32,781 bases of DNA from the IMG/VR virus record IMGVR_UViG_3300033407_000522, positions 1 through 32,781 of that record; one strand, 5' to 3'. Origin of the DNA: a virus (taxonomy: Duplodnaviria; Caudoviricetes). Below, piece after piece: positions 23,805 through 32,781 of the stretch. Below the pieces are notes generated by a model. The model searched no databases. It had not been told where the DNA came from and saw only the letters and a program-made list of their open reading frames with translations. The position numbers and the translations under genes were made by a program. Positions within the stretch are counted from its first letter, which is position 1; the number at the start of each line of letters is the position of its first letter.

Positions 23805-24398
23805 ATGTCGCTCGGGATCACTGTCACGAAGAAGATCAAAGAGGGGTACCAGCACTTCGGGCAATTCAGGGCGGTGCTGTGCGACATCAACATCAGCACG
23901 TCCGCCTACTATATCCTGCACACCGGCTTCATCGTGAAGCCGATCGACTTCGGGCTGAAGAGCATCGTGGGGATCCACATCCTGAATGCCGTGTACGACT
24001 TGGCGAGCACGCCGCTCGGCTACAAGGTCAACGGGAACTCGCCGATCACGTCGGATGCTCAGACGGACGGAGCACCGACCACGCTCCGGATTGCCCTGTC
24101 CGATCTTTCCGGTCTAGCTGCGACGGACTACCCGAACGGGTATGTCGGGCAGGACATCAATGCCTACGACGCGGCGGACCCGTTCGTCGCGTCGTACGCG
24201 AAGATCATCTCGGACGACTCGGCTGCGCCTTCGATCTGCGTCCCGGACCGCGTGTTCACTTTCACGCCGGCGGCGGGCGACCGGGTCGTTCTTCCGAACA
24301 TGCACGCCATCCGTTGTTTCGAGCCGGGCGGAACGGAAGAGGCTCTTGGTACCCCTGGCGCGGCTTACGACATTCGAGCGCTCGTGCTCGGGAACTGA
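23805..24398 (+). CDS. Probable minor capsid/decoration protein
   Basis: SD AGGAGGT; head-module context; beta-rich. Confidence 0.6.
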   Translation: MSLGITVTKKIKEGYQHFGQFRAVLCDINISTSAYYILHTGFIVKPIDFGLKSIVGIHILNAVYDLASTPLGYKVNGNSPITSDAQTDGAPTTLRIALSDLSGLAATDYPNGYVGQDINAYDAADPFVASYAKIISDDSAAPSICVPDRVFTFTPAAGDRVVLPNMHAIRCFEPGGTEEALGTPGAAYDIRALVLGN

Positions 24399-24412
24399 CA
24401 GGAGACTGAATC

Positions 24413-24895
24413 ATGGCCGATATCGGTGCAAGCGACGTCACGATCAACATCACCGGAGCGGGTGAGCTTCGGACTCCCATCAACCAGTACGTCCCGGTGG
24501 GCGAAAACCTGCGGTTCGCGTACGGGGTTCTGCACATCGACACGAACACGAACCCGACCTATGCAACCGGTGGGATCCCGCTGAGCGCTGTCTTCACCGA
24601 CGCGATTCTCGGGCTCGACATCTCGCGGGCGCACTTCGTGTTCTTCTCGAGCAATGGCCTGCACGAGGCAGTGGCTGCAACCGGAGTTCCGGTGCTGACC
24701 TACATCCTGACGCCGGTCTACGACAAGGCGAACAACAAGCTCATGGCGATGATGGCGAACGCCGACGCAGCCGCTCAGGGCGAACTCGAGGAGGCTGCCA
24801 ACGCCACCAACTTCGACACCGTTTTCTCGATCGGCGCCGCCGATGAGGTGCGCTGTGAGTTCTTCATCGTCGGTCCCGAGCCGTACCCGACCTAA
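24413..24895 (+). CDS. Probable capsid decoration/cement protein
   Basis: YATGGIPL and YD....KL patterns; SD AGGAG. Confidence 0.6.
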   Translation: MADIGASDVTINITGAGELRTPINQYVPVGENLRFAYGVLHIDTNTNPTYATGGIPLSAVFTDAILGLDISRAHFVFFSSNGLHEAVAATGVPVLTYILTPVYDKANNKLMAMMANADAAAQGELEEAANATNFDTVFSIGAADEVRCEFFIVGPEPYPT

Positions 24896-24929
24896 CCAAG
24901 ACTGACCGTCACCCGGCAACGGAGGCATC

Positions 24930-26207
24930 ATGCCAAGTCCTTTCGCACAACCAGGAAGTCAGCAGGGCGCGCCGACGGGCGCCCCTGCGGCGCACAAGAC
25001 GTCCTTGCAGTACTCCGACCCTCGGATCCTGAGCGGTGACCCGCTCGCTCACGAGACCGAGGAGCAGAGCCGGAACGCCCTCTTGGCCGCCATGAACGCG
25101 GCCGAGCAGGGCGCCTCGCCGGAACAGATCGCCCAGCTTTCCGGGACCTATGCTCCGTCCGACCCGGGTCCCGGTCAGTTCTACGCTCAGGCCCCCGCCG
25201 CCCCGGCACCGAGTTCCTCGCAAGATCCCGCTGGTTCTCCCTCCAGTGACGCGCCGGGGCCGCTGGGGGCCCCTTTGTTCAGTGGCCCTATCCCGGGTGT
25301 TCCGGCCCCTGGCCAGCCCGGGTACACGCCCGGGCAGGGTGAGTCGGCTTCCAAGATCAAGGTCGGCGAGAAGGAGTACACCCCGGAGCAGATCCAGCAG
25401 ATGGCGGACTTCAACGCCAGGCGTGAGGAGATCCAGTCCGGGCTCTACGCTCGCCTGAACGAGATGAAGACCATGGCGACGAACGTCGAGAACGCTCAGC
25501 GCCAGGCCGAGGAGGCCACCTACCAGGCCCAGCTCCAGATGCAGCAGTCCCAGCAGATGCAGGCCTGGGCGGCTCAGAACCCGGAGCAGTTCGCGGAGTG
25601 GGCGGCCACTCAGACTCAGGCCCCCATGGGTGGGCCGGCATACGCCGGCATGACCCCGCAGCCGTTTTCCCAGGCGAAGCCCCAGATCCACGAGAACTTC
25701 GACCCGAACACCTTCAAGTCGGAGCTGCTGGGCGAGGTGAAGAACCTGCTGTCCACCGAGGGCAAGACCCGGGTCCGCGCGTCCGCTGAGAACTTCGTCT
25801 CGGATCTCGTGCGGAAGGAGCCGATCTTCAACGGCCGCGAGAAGGAAGTGCAGCTCTGGATCGCTGACGAGCTGCGCCGGGAAGCGGCGGCTGGCGCGAT
25901 CACCCCTCAAACAGAAGGCTGGGAGCTTCACCAGAAGATCAACAGCCTGGTGCAGAAGAAGTCGTTGCAGGACAAGACCCTGTTCGATGCCTACACGGCG
26001 CACCAGCGGGCCGCGCATCAACAGGCATCCGCGGGTCTCACCCCGCCGGTCGGGAACGTCGCCGCGACGGCCGTTCCGCAGCGCCCGGCGTCTCAGGAGG
26101 ACGAGGAGAACTTCTACAGAAACGCATCCGATGCTGACTTCAACCGACTGGTGACGAGCCAGTGGGAGGAGTTTGACAGGGCGGTTGCAGGTTTGGCAGC
26201 AGGCTAA
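24930..26207 (+). CDS. Capsid scaffolding protein
   Basis: Disordered P/Q-rich N-terminus, KIKVGEKEYT, coiled coils; directly upstream of the capsid gene. Confidence 0.75.
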   Translation: MPSPFAQPGSQQGAPTGAPAAHKTSLQYSDPRILSGDPLAHETEEQSRNALLAAMNAAEQGASPEQIAQLSGTYAPSDPGPGQFYAQAPAAPAPSSSQDPAGSPSSDAPGPLGAPLFSGPIPGVPAPGQPGYTPGQGESASKIKVGEKEYTPEQIQQMADFNARREEIQSGLYARLNEMKTMATNVENAQRQAEEATYQAQLQMQQSQQMQAWAAQNPEQFAEWAATQTQAPMGGPAYAGMTPQPFSQAKPQIHENFDPNTFKSELLGEVKNLLSTEGKTRVRASAENFVSDLVRKEPIFNGREKEVQLWIADELRREAAAGAITPQTEGWELHQKINSLVQKKSLQDKTLFDAYTAHQRAAHQQASAGLTPPVGNVAATAVPQRPASQEDEENFYRNASDADFNRLVTSQWEEFDRAVAGLAAG

Positions 26208-26224
26208 GTTAGGAGGCAAGATCC

Positions 26225-27607
26225 ATGTCACCGGTTGCGCAGGGCGCTACGCTCGACAACTCTCTGAACGTCCTTCAGATTCACTACGGGAAGCGTCTGC
26301 ACATTCAGACGAACGACCGGGTGAACATCTGGAACATGATCCCGAAACACCCGGATCAGCACACTGGCAGGTTCCGTCAAGAGAACCTGACCACGGGCTA
26401 TCCGGCGACCGGTGGTGCATTCGGTCCGGGGGCCTCGCTCCCGACGGCAGGCAACACGTCAGATGCTCTCACGAACATCTACCACTGCTACCTGTACTAC
26501 CCGATCAGCGTGGACTGGGATGCCTACCACCAGTCGAGCGGGAAGGCGTCCTTCGTGGACGTGATGACCCGCGAGATGAACCGGGTCAAGGCGTACATGT
26601 TCCTCGACCTCGAGCGCATGGTGCTCGGCAACGGGTCGGGCCTCCTGTCCGCGATCTCGGTCGTGACGGTGGGTGCCACCTCCCTGACCTTCGAGGTTCC
26701 GAACGAGTTCTCTCCGCGCTTCATCGAAGGACAGCGCATCGTGTTCTTCGCGCTGACCTCGGGTGAGGTGACCGAGACGTCCGCGGTTCGCGGGGTCCCG
26801 GCCGGCCAGTACCCCTACTACACGATCAGCAGCTCGGTCGAGGATGGGGCGACGACCACGAACTTCGCTCTCATCACCTGCACCGGGTCGGCGCCGGCCG
26901 GCCATGGCATCGCCGCGGGTGACGGGGCCTTCAAGTACGGCGCGATCCAGCCCTACGCGATCTCCGGCACGAACCACGCCGGGACCGAGCTGATGGGCCT
27001 GAAGGGCATCTGTTCGCAGGGTGCCCCTCCGCTTCGCACAGCGACCAAGGCGACCTACCCGGCCGTGGACACCTTCCAGGCGATCGACCCGTCCTCGGCC
27101 GGCTACTGGAAGACCCCGACGATCAACCTGTCGGGGGCCGAGCTGGACCAGACCTGGTTCGACAAGCTCGGCGTCCGCATGATCCGGCAGGGATCGACCC
27201 CTCCGGAAGATGTGCGGATGTGGGTGCTGAACCCGGTCCAGGAGGAGATCTACAAGCGGAACCTCTACGGAGGGGAGCGCTACCCGATCACGAGTTCGCC
27301 GCCCAGCTTCCCGACGGGTTCGGCCGACTCGATGAACGAGAAGCGGTACCTCCACTACGCGGGGCGCCCGCTCGTCTGCTCTCGGTTCTGCGACACCACG
27401 GAGATCTACGGCGTCGGCCCGGACATCTACCGGTACGACTGCAAGCCGTGGGGCTTCCACAAGCCGGGCTTCGGTTCGGGCGGGTCGATCTGGCACCAGG
27501 ACTTCGACCGTCGTGCGGCCGACCAGGCCGAGGCGTATGCCATCATGCAGTTTGGAACCACCGCGAGAAACCGGCATGCCCGTCTGACGGGAGCCGCTTC
27601 GAGCTAA
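26225..27607 (+). CDS. Major capsid protein
   Basis: 460 aa after the scaffold; DLERMVLGNGSGLL, ELMGLKGI and terminal RNRHARLTG; strong SD. Confidence 0.85.
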   Translation: MSPVAQGATLDNSLNVLQIHYGKRLHIQTNDRVNIWNMIPKHPDQHTGRFRQENLTTGYPATGGAFGPGASLPTAGNTSDALTNIYHCYLYYPISVDWDAYHQSSGKASFVDVMTREMNRVKAYMFLDLERMVLGNGSGLLSAISVVTVGATSLTFEVPNEFSPRFIEGQRIVFFALTSGEVTETSAVRGVPAGQYPYYTISSSVEDGATTTNFALITCTGSAPAGHGIAAGDGAFKYGAIQPYAISGTNHAGTELMGLKGICSQGAPPLRTATKATYPAVDTFQAIDPSSAGYWKTPTINLSGAELDQTWFDKLGVRMIRQGSTPPEDVRMWVLNPVQEEIYKRNLYGGERYPITSSPPSFPTGSADSMNEKRYLHYAGRPLVCSRFCDTTEIYGVGPDIYRYDCKPWGFHKPGFGSGGSIWHQDFDRRAADQAEAYAIMQFGTTARNRHARLTGAASS

Positions 27608-27624
27608 CCGACAAGGAGGGGGCG

Positions 27625-28158
27625 ATGAGCGGGCTTCGGATCAAAGAGGGGCCCGGCCCCCTCGAGTTCACCCAGCAGATTCGTGAGCTGATCACGAGGT
27701 TGCAGGTGTCCTTCGATCCCTCGATCTCCTTGATGCCAAACATGCGGCGGAGGTGCTGGATGATTGTCCAGGACCTCCGCCGCGTCTGCCCCAGGATTCC
27801 TCCTGACAAGGTCTACCGGGCGGACGTCATGCTGATCGGCGGGCAGCCGCAGGACTTCCCGTACATCGAGCCGGGCAGGATGGTTCCCTACAAGCACCTG
27901 TTCGACTTCATCCTGGATGGGCAGGCATTCGCTCCGAGCTATGAGTACATCCTCATGGCGATCGACGATGCGAACCCGAGGGGGGATGATCCGGAACTCG
28001 AACGCAAGCTGAAGGTCTCGAAGGATCTGTTCGATGCCCGGGTCGAGAAGGAAGACCATGAGGACACGGCGGAGCTTCGGGAGGAGTTGGACAAGTACCT
28101 GACGATTGATGGGGTCGCTGCCGGCCGCGGGTTGCGGCACTTCACGTTCTCGAAATAG
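27625..28158 (+). CDS. Hypothetical protein
   Basis: SD AAGGAGG; ATG 27625. Confidence 0.75.
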   Translation: MSGLRIKEGPGPLEFTQQIRELITRLQVSFDPSISLMPNMRRRCWMIVQDLRRVCPRIPPDKVYRADVMLIGGQPQDFPYIEPGRMVPYKHLFDFILDGQAFAPSYEYILMAIDDANPRGDDPELERKLKVSKDLFDARVEKEDHEDTAELREELDKYLTIDGVAAGRGLRHFTFSK

Positions 28159-28167
28159 GTGGTCTCC

Positions 28168-29556
28168 ATGGCCGAGCAGATCCAAACAAGTGACATGGTC
28201 ATCTTGGTTCGGAGGCGCCTCGGCGTCGGCGACACCACCACCGGGGACTACTCTTCGGCGCGCGTGATCAGTGCGCTGAACCTCGCGCAGGCGTGGGCCA
28301 GGAGGAAGCTGTTCCGCTACAAGCTCTACTGGCTGAGCCGCAAGACCGACCCGATCATCCTGACCGCGACCGACACGAGGATCTATTTCCCCGACGACTT
28401 CTGGTGGGAGCGGCGCCTGCTGAAGCGGGTACAGGCCTCGCCCGAGAAGCTCGAGGTGTGCGGGGTCAGCCGCCCGGAGAACGTCGAGGGGTATCCGAAC
28501 CTGGGGGACGGGCGGGAGTGGTGGACGGTGCAGGACGGCTACTTCGCCTACGAGGGGCAGCCGGAGATGTTCGAGGGTGGGACCTACATCCTGGACTACT
28601 ACTGGCTCACGAAGGACCTGGTCGATTCCGTCGGCGACCTCTGCGAGCTGCCTGCCGAGTCGCACCAGTACGTCGTGCTGCGGGCGGCGTACCTGCTCGG
28701 CCGAGATGCCGGGATGTTCGACCGGGTCAAGGTCCTCCAGGAGGAACTTGCCGAGTGGGAGTCCGACCTCGAGATCGAGTCCGGTCGGCTGCTTTCGCTC
28801 AGGCCGCAGATCTTGCAGCCGAAGAAGATCCGCTTCGGCTCGCTCGGCTGGGCAATGGATCGGGTCCAGCAGACGTTCATGTCCCGTTCGACCTCGAAGA
28901 CGCCCGACTTCTGGACGGAGGCCAGGATCCGACCGGAGATCCAGAACGCGGTCTGGTGGTTCCAGCTCGAGGCGATCCGCTTCTTCCAGGACCTCTACAC
29001 GCAGAGGGTGACGCAGGTCCCGAACGAGAACGTCTTCCCCTTGCCGTCGAACTTCATTCGGGAGAAGCAGTTCTACAGGATCGTGAACAACACCGCGGGG
29101 AGCCGCGTGCCGGTCGACATCGTCCCCTTGTCGGAGGCCCGGGTGTCGGGGATCTCGGCCTTGGGCTACGCGACCTACCCGTCTTCGTTCGCCGCGCCGA
29201 AGGAGACCTGGTCGATCAACGGGCGCGCGCTCGTGGCGAACACGGAGTACACCCTGAGCGAGTCCTACGAGCTGGTCTACTCCGCGCTCCTGGAGGAGAT
29301 GGAGCACTCCGACGATTCGATCCAGGTTCCGACCGAGCATCTCGAGATCGTGACCGATCGAGCGATCGAGACGACGGGGCAGAGGTACGGTGAGACGCCG
29401 ATTGCCCTGGAGTACGGAGAGAAGTACCGGGCGACGCTCCGCGAGAAGGCCCAGGACGCGCTCGCGATCCGAGCGGTGTCTCAGCGGCGGACGGTGCGGG
29501 ATGCGATGGGGTACGAACTCGACAACTTCGGCTCTTCTGGGGGTTGGCCGTGGTAG
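28168..29556 (+). CDS. Head-tail adaptor/tail tubular protein A-like, internally duplicated
   Basis: Two units with the pattern VR..L / I...LN.A / P.DF / LP...H..V...A. Confidence 0.65.
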   Translation: MAEQIQTSDMVILVRRRLGVGDTTTGDYSSARVISALNLAQAWARRKLFRYKLYWLSRKTDPIILTATDTRIYFPDDFWWERRLLKRVQASPEKLEVCGVSRPENVEGYPNLGDGREWWTVQDGYFAYEGQPEMFEGGTYILDYYWLTKDLVDSVGDLCELPAESHQYVVLRAAYLLGRDAGMFDRVKVLQEELAEWESDLEIESGRLLSLRPQILQPKKIRFGSLGWAMDRVQQTFMSRSTSKTPDFWTEARIRPEIQNAVWWFQLEAIRFFQDLYTQRVTQVPNENVFPLPSNFIREKQFYRIVNNTAGSRVPVDIVPLSEARVSGISALGYATYPSSFAAPKETWSINGRALVANTEYTLSESYELVYSALLEEMEHSDDSIQVPTEHLEIVTDRAIETTGQRYGETPIALEYGEKYRATLREKAQDALAIRAVSQRRTVRDAMGYELDNFGSSGGWPW

Positions 29557-32500
29557 AGCAGGTCATCCCACTTTCCGACCTGGCGCTCGGGCTGAACACC
29601 AAGCACCGCGTGCTGGCGCCGGGCTTCGCTCAGCGGGCCGAGAACATTCGGTACTACCCGAGGTCGGTCCGACGGGCGCTCGGATGCAAGCGGATCATCA
29701 ACACGCTGGAGCGGGAGCCGGCCGTCCTTCTGAACGGGAAGAACCACTTCTTCGTGTCAAGAGGTGCGGATTCCGTTTCTGGGTTGCTGCTCACGAGTGC
29801 GGCATACACGGTGGAGTTCTTCTTCAAGACCGTCGCGCTGTTCGAGCGGCAGACGCTCGTGTTCAAGGGGGTCGGAGAGGCGCTTGATGCAACGGAGACC
29901 GTCACCGGAACCGACTACAACTGCATCCTCTACAACAACGGCGGGGTGTGGACGATTCGGTGGACCCTGTCGGACGGATCGGTTCTCAAGCAGATCTCCA
30001 AGACCACGGATTCAGACGGAGATTTGATCGTTCCGAATCAGTCGTATGTGGTCGCGCTTGCGGATGATGGGACAAACTGGAAGCTCTACCTGTTCAAGCA
30101 GGGGGCGTCCAGTGCCGGAAGCGCGGCCACTCTTTCATCGGCAGGGTTCGTACAACAGAACACGGCAGGGTCTCACTTCTACGTCGGAGCGCAGCCGACC
30201 ACTGACGGAACGCTGGTCGTGGACCGGGCGCAGTACTTCACGGCCGGGATCATTCAGGAGGTTCGCTTCTGGTCTGACGAGCGTACGACTGGTGAACTTG
30301 TCGGGAGCGACGAGACGCAGGTGTCTGGAATGGAGGCGGGTCTTGCGGTTGCGTTTCGCCTGACTGGTGACGGCCCGTATGAGTGGACGGATCTGGTGGC
30401 GAACGCTCAACCTCTCGCGATCGAACCGAGGGATGCGAGCTGGACCACGGGACTGTTCGGTTCTGGTGCTCTTTCGTTCGACGGCTTCAACGATGGGTTG
30501 CGCATTCCTCGATCCTACATCTACCGCAACCAGGAAGTGAACGACGAAGGAGAGTTCGAGGTCCATAACACATGGGCCTGGTACGCCGCGTTTCAGGCCG
30601 GAGTCGTGAAGGATCACTCGGTGATCTTTCACTGGACCCACATGGTCGAAGAACTCGCCTACACGAACAACGCTCTGGCGTTGCCCGTTGCTGCCAACGA
30701 CCTGAACGGGCTCGTGACCGCTACGAATTCGAGCAAGGCACAGGCGGTGCTGGACATCGTCAAGAACCCGGCGAGTTCAAATCGTCACTTCCGGTTTGCT
30801 GTCTGGCTGCACAACGAAACGGACAGCACGCACGAGATCTGGGCGGTGTGCGACACGAGCGTCAATGTCGTTGCCGGAACAGCGTACGACCTGGCCGTTG
30901 CGTACGACGCCGTCAACCAGACGATCACGTTGTTCGTGGACAAGGTGTCCACCTCGCAGAGCACGGCGACCGCTGGCAAGACCAAGCGCATGTACCGCTC
31001 GGACAACAACAACCCGACGTACTCGTCATCGCAGTACGCGATGGAGCTGATGCGGGCGATCAAGAAGAGTCGCAAGGGGCGCACGTCTCCGGGCGACTCG
31101 GAGGACGTGGACGTCCAGTACGACTTTGCGCTCTGCACGGACGGTATTCTCGATCAGGTGTGCTTTGCCATCAGCCCGAACTCCTCGAAGTTCCTGGCGA
31201 ACTACCTGGCCGACAACGAGATTGTCCGCCGCAACGTGGACAGCCTTGGATCCGAGCTGGTCCAGTGCCTGCCGATGGAGGAGACGACGGGGGACGAACT
31301 CGAGGACATCGGAACTCACGCGAACCATTTGAACTTCATGGCCGACTCCGGCCACGGTCGCGGGCGATCGCTGATTCCGACGCGGAACTCGTCGAGGATC
31401 ACTGGGTTGTTCGACCGGCGCTTTCGGTCTTCGGTGGGTGAGCAGCGCCAGTCGATCGCGGTCCAGGGCGGATCGGTTTTTACCGTGCTTGGTGGGTTGG
31501 ATCATAACGTCACGGCGTTGTCCCACCTTGCCGACGGCATGCGCAACGACGACGACAACAACGTCACCGCGATGAGTCACCTGGACGGGCTGATCCTTGC
31601 GACTGGGTCGGGCATGTACCACCTCTGGAAGGACCAGCTCTGGAATCTTGCGATCGACCCACCGGAGGGATTCCTCGGCGTGGGCCTGGTGGACCAGGTG
31701 CAGGATTCGGCCGCGCTCAAGCCCGGGCTCTACCGGTACGCCTTCACCTACCTGAACGAGCGGACGGGCAAGCGCTCGCCGGTCGGGCAGCTCATCCAGG
31801 TGGAGTGGTTCAGGAAGAGCGCAAATGTCGGATTTGGGTCCGGGATCGAGATCAACCAGACGTACCCCAGGACGGGCTATTCCGAGCAGTCGTCTCCTTG
31901 GGACATGAAGAATTCCAAGCAGAAGGCCTGGGTCAAGATTCGGGCCTGGTATGGACGGTCGACGACGCTTGTCGCTGGCGATCCGGATGAGTGGCAGACT
32001 GGTCCTGGAACGTCAGGACCGAACACAAACAAGGCTCCGTATGCCAAAGTGAGGTTCAACCTCGAGAACTCGAACAAGGAGATGCCGTACGTTGAGGACC
32101 TAGAAGACGTACAAGCCGAGGAATTTCAGCATGCCGTTGAGAGGAAGACTCGTGCAAAGTCCTGGGTTAGAATTTCTGGTGACGACAAAGTTGAGGTCAT
32201 CTCAGCGTTCCTTGGTGCCAACGCATTTATGAAGGTTGGGACCAACGCCGGTCAGGATTTGCCTGGGACTGGCGGGATCATCGGTTGGCCTGATGTACCG
32301 GCCGGCGGTGAACACGAGTATCAGGGAACTGGGGCAACGAACGGACCAGCTTTGCCGTTCTCTCCAGATCCGCAGGTGACGCACCTCGAGATCTGGAGGA
32401 CGTTCGCGAACGGGTCCGACTTCTTCCGGGTGGTGAAGCTCCCGAACGGGACGGTGTCCTACGTCGACACCCTCCCGGACAGTCTGCTCGGTTCCGGCCC

Positions 32501-32781
32501 GCCGCTCGACGTGAACAACGGCGCGCCGCCGCCCTGCAAGTACGTCGTCGAGTTCGACGGACGGGCGCTCTACTTCGGCAACAAGTACCACCCTCAGCGG
32601 ATCTGGTTCAGTGAGCGAGGCGAGCCATGGAACGTGGCAGGCCAGAACATCGTCGACCTGGTGACGGGCGACTCGTACGAGATCCGACTGGCGGCTCAGA
32701 CGCAGGGAATACTGATCGTTGCGAACCAGGACACGTTCTTCGTGTTCACGCCTTCGGACAACCCGGACTTCCCGTTCGACA
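29550..32781 (+). CDS. Tail nozzle/tubular protein B-like (P22 gp10/T7 gp12 type) with inserted LamG-like domains; runs off the window
   Basis: GTG 29550; MVEQVIPLSDLALGLN...AENIRY, YTVEFFFK, IQEVRFWS, ALSFDG, YRYAFTY, IWRT and RIWFSERGEPWN; no stop in the stretches I translated; its absence from the ORF track fits a frame with no stop in the window. Confidence 0.8.
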   Translation, partial: MVEQVIPLSDLALGLNTKHRVLAPGFAQRAENIRYYPRSVRRALGCKRIINTLEREPAVLLNGKNHFFVSRGADSVSGLLLTSAAYTVEFFFKTVALFERQTLVFKGVGEALDATETVTGTDYNCILYNNGGVWTIRWTLSDGSVLKQISKTTDSDGDLIVPNQSYVVALADDGTNWKLYLFKQGASSAGSAATLSSAGFVQQNTAGSHFYVGAQPTTDGTLVVDRAQYFTAGIIQEVRFWSDERTTGELVGSDETQVSGMEAGLAVAFRLTGDGPYEWTDLVANAQPLAIEPRDASWTTGLFGSGALSFDGFNDGLRIPRSYIYRNQEVNDEGEFEVHNTWAWYAAFQAGVVKDHSVIFHWTHMVEELAYTNNALALPVAANDLNGLVTATNSSKAQAVLDIVKNPASSNRHFRFAVWLHNETDSTHEIWAVCDTSVNVVAGTAYDLAVAYDAVNQTITLFVDKVSTSQSTATAGKTKRMYRSDNNNPTYSSSQYAMELMRAIKKSRKGRTSPGDSEDVDVQYDFALCTDGILDQVCFAISPNSSKFLANYLADNEIVRRNVDSLGSELVQCLPMEETTGDELEDIGTHANHLNFMADSGHGRGRSLIPTRNSSRITGLFDRRFRSSVGEQRQSIAVQGGSVFTVLGGLDHNVTALSHLADGMRNDDDNNVTAMSHLDGLILATGSGMYHLWKDQLWNLAIDPPEGFLGVGLVDQVQDSAALKPGLYRYAFTYLNERTGKRSPVGQLIQVEWFRKSANVGFGSGIEINQTYPRTGYSEQSSPWDMKNSKQKAWVKIRAWYGRSTTLVAGDPDEWQTGPGTSGPNTNKAPYAKVRFNLENSNKEMPYVEDLEDVQAEEFQHAVERKTRAKSWVRISGDDKVEVISAFLGANAFMKVGTNAGQDLPGTGGIIGWPDVPAGGEHEYQGTGATNGPALPFSPDPQVTHLEIWRTFANGSDFFRVVKLPNGTVSYVDTLPDSLLGSGPPLDVNNGAPPPCKYVVEFDGRALYFGNKYHPQRIWFSERGEPWNVAGQNIVDLVTGDSYEIRLAAQTQGILIVANQDTFFVFTPSDNPDFPFD

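Noticed and set aside
16888-29340. Large minus-strand ORFs opposite the structural genes
   Set aside because: Typical antisense shadows of high-GC3 genes; the plus-strand frames carry the recognisable motifs.
1-32781. Genome-wide TGA reassignment to explain the in-frame TGA at 13863
   Set aside because: Many genes end in TGA with tight ATGA/TGATG coupling, and the long genes translate in code 11.

Overview
High-GC tailed-phage DNA (roughly 65% GC by eye), probably podovirus-like. No integrase, host gene, tRNA, rRNA or CRISPR array is seen. Four blocks are visible. (1) 1-7531: a leftward arm of short early genes ending in a recombination module (Cas4-like exonuclease, Sak4/AAA ATPase, probable SSB). 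(2) About 7560-8560: a 1-kb non-coding control region with a parS-type palindrome, iteron-like repeats and strong G skew. (3) 8868-16505: a leftward arm with a replication initiator, helicase loader, C5-methyltransferase-like gene, beta-helix protein and many small ORFs, interrupted by a few rightward genes. (4) 16675 to the end: a rightward morphogenesis operon (TerL, portal, scaffold, major capsid, adaptor, tail nozzle). Three signals stand out. (a) A gene missing from the ORF track (13815-14141) encodes a phospholipase-A2-like protein whose single in-frame TGA sits where the conserved Cys before the HD motif belongs, followed by a weak SECIS-like hairpin: a candidate phage selenoprotein, or else a nonsense mutant. 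(b) The first four early genes share a GUAGCA(G)UGGAGA ribosome-binding motif, and complementary sequences lie on the same strand in their leaders and in loops of two intergenic hairpin RNAs: a candidate antisense translational control system. (c) A host-type parS site lies in the control region. All family assignments are from motifs recognised by eye, not from database searches.
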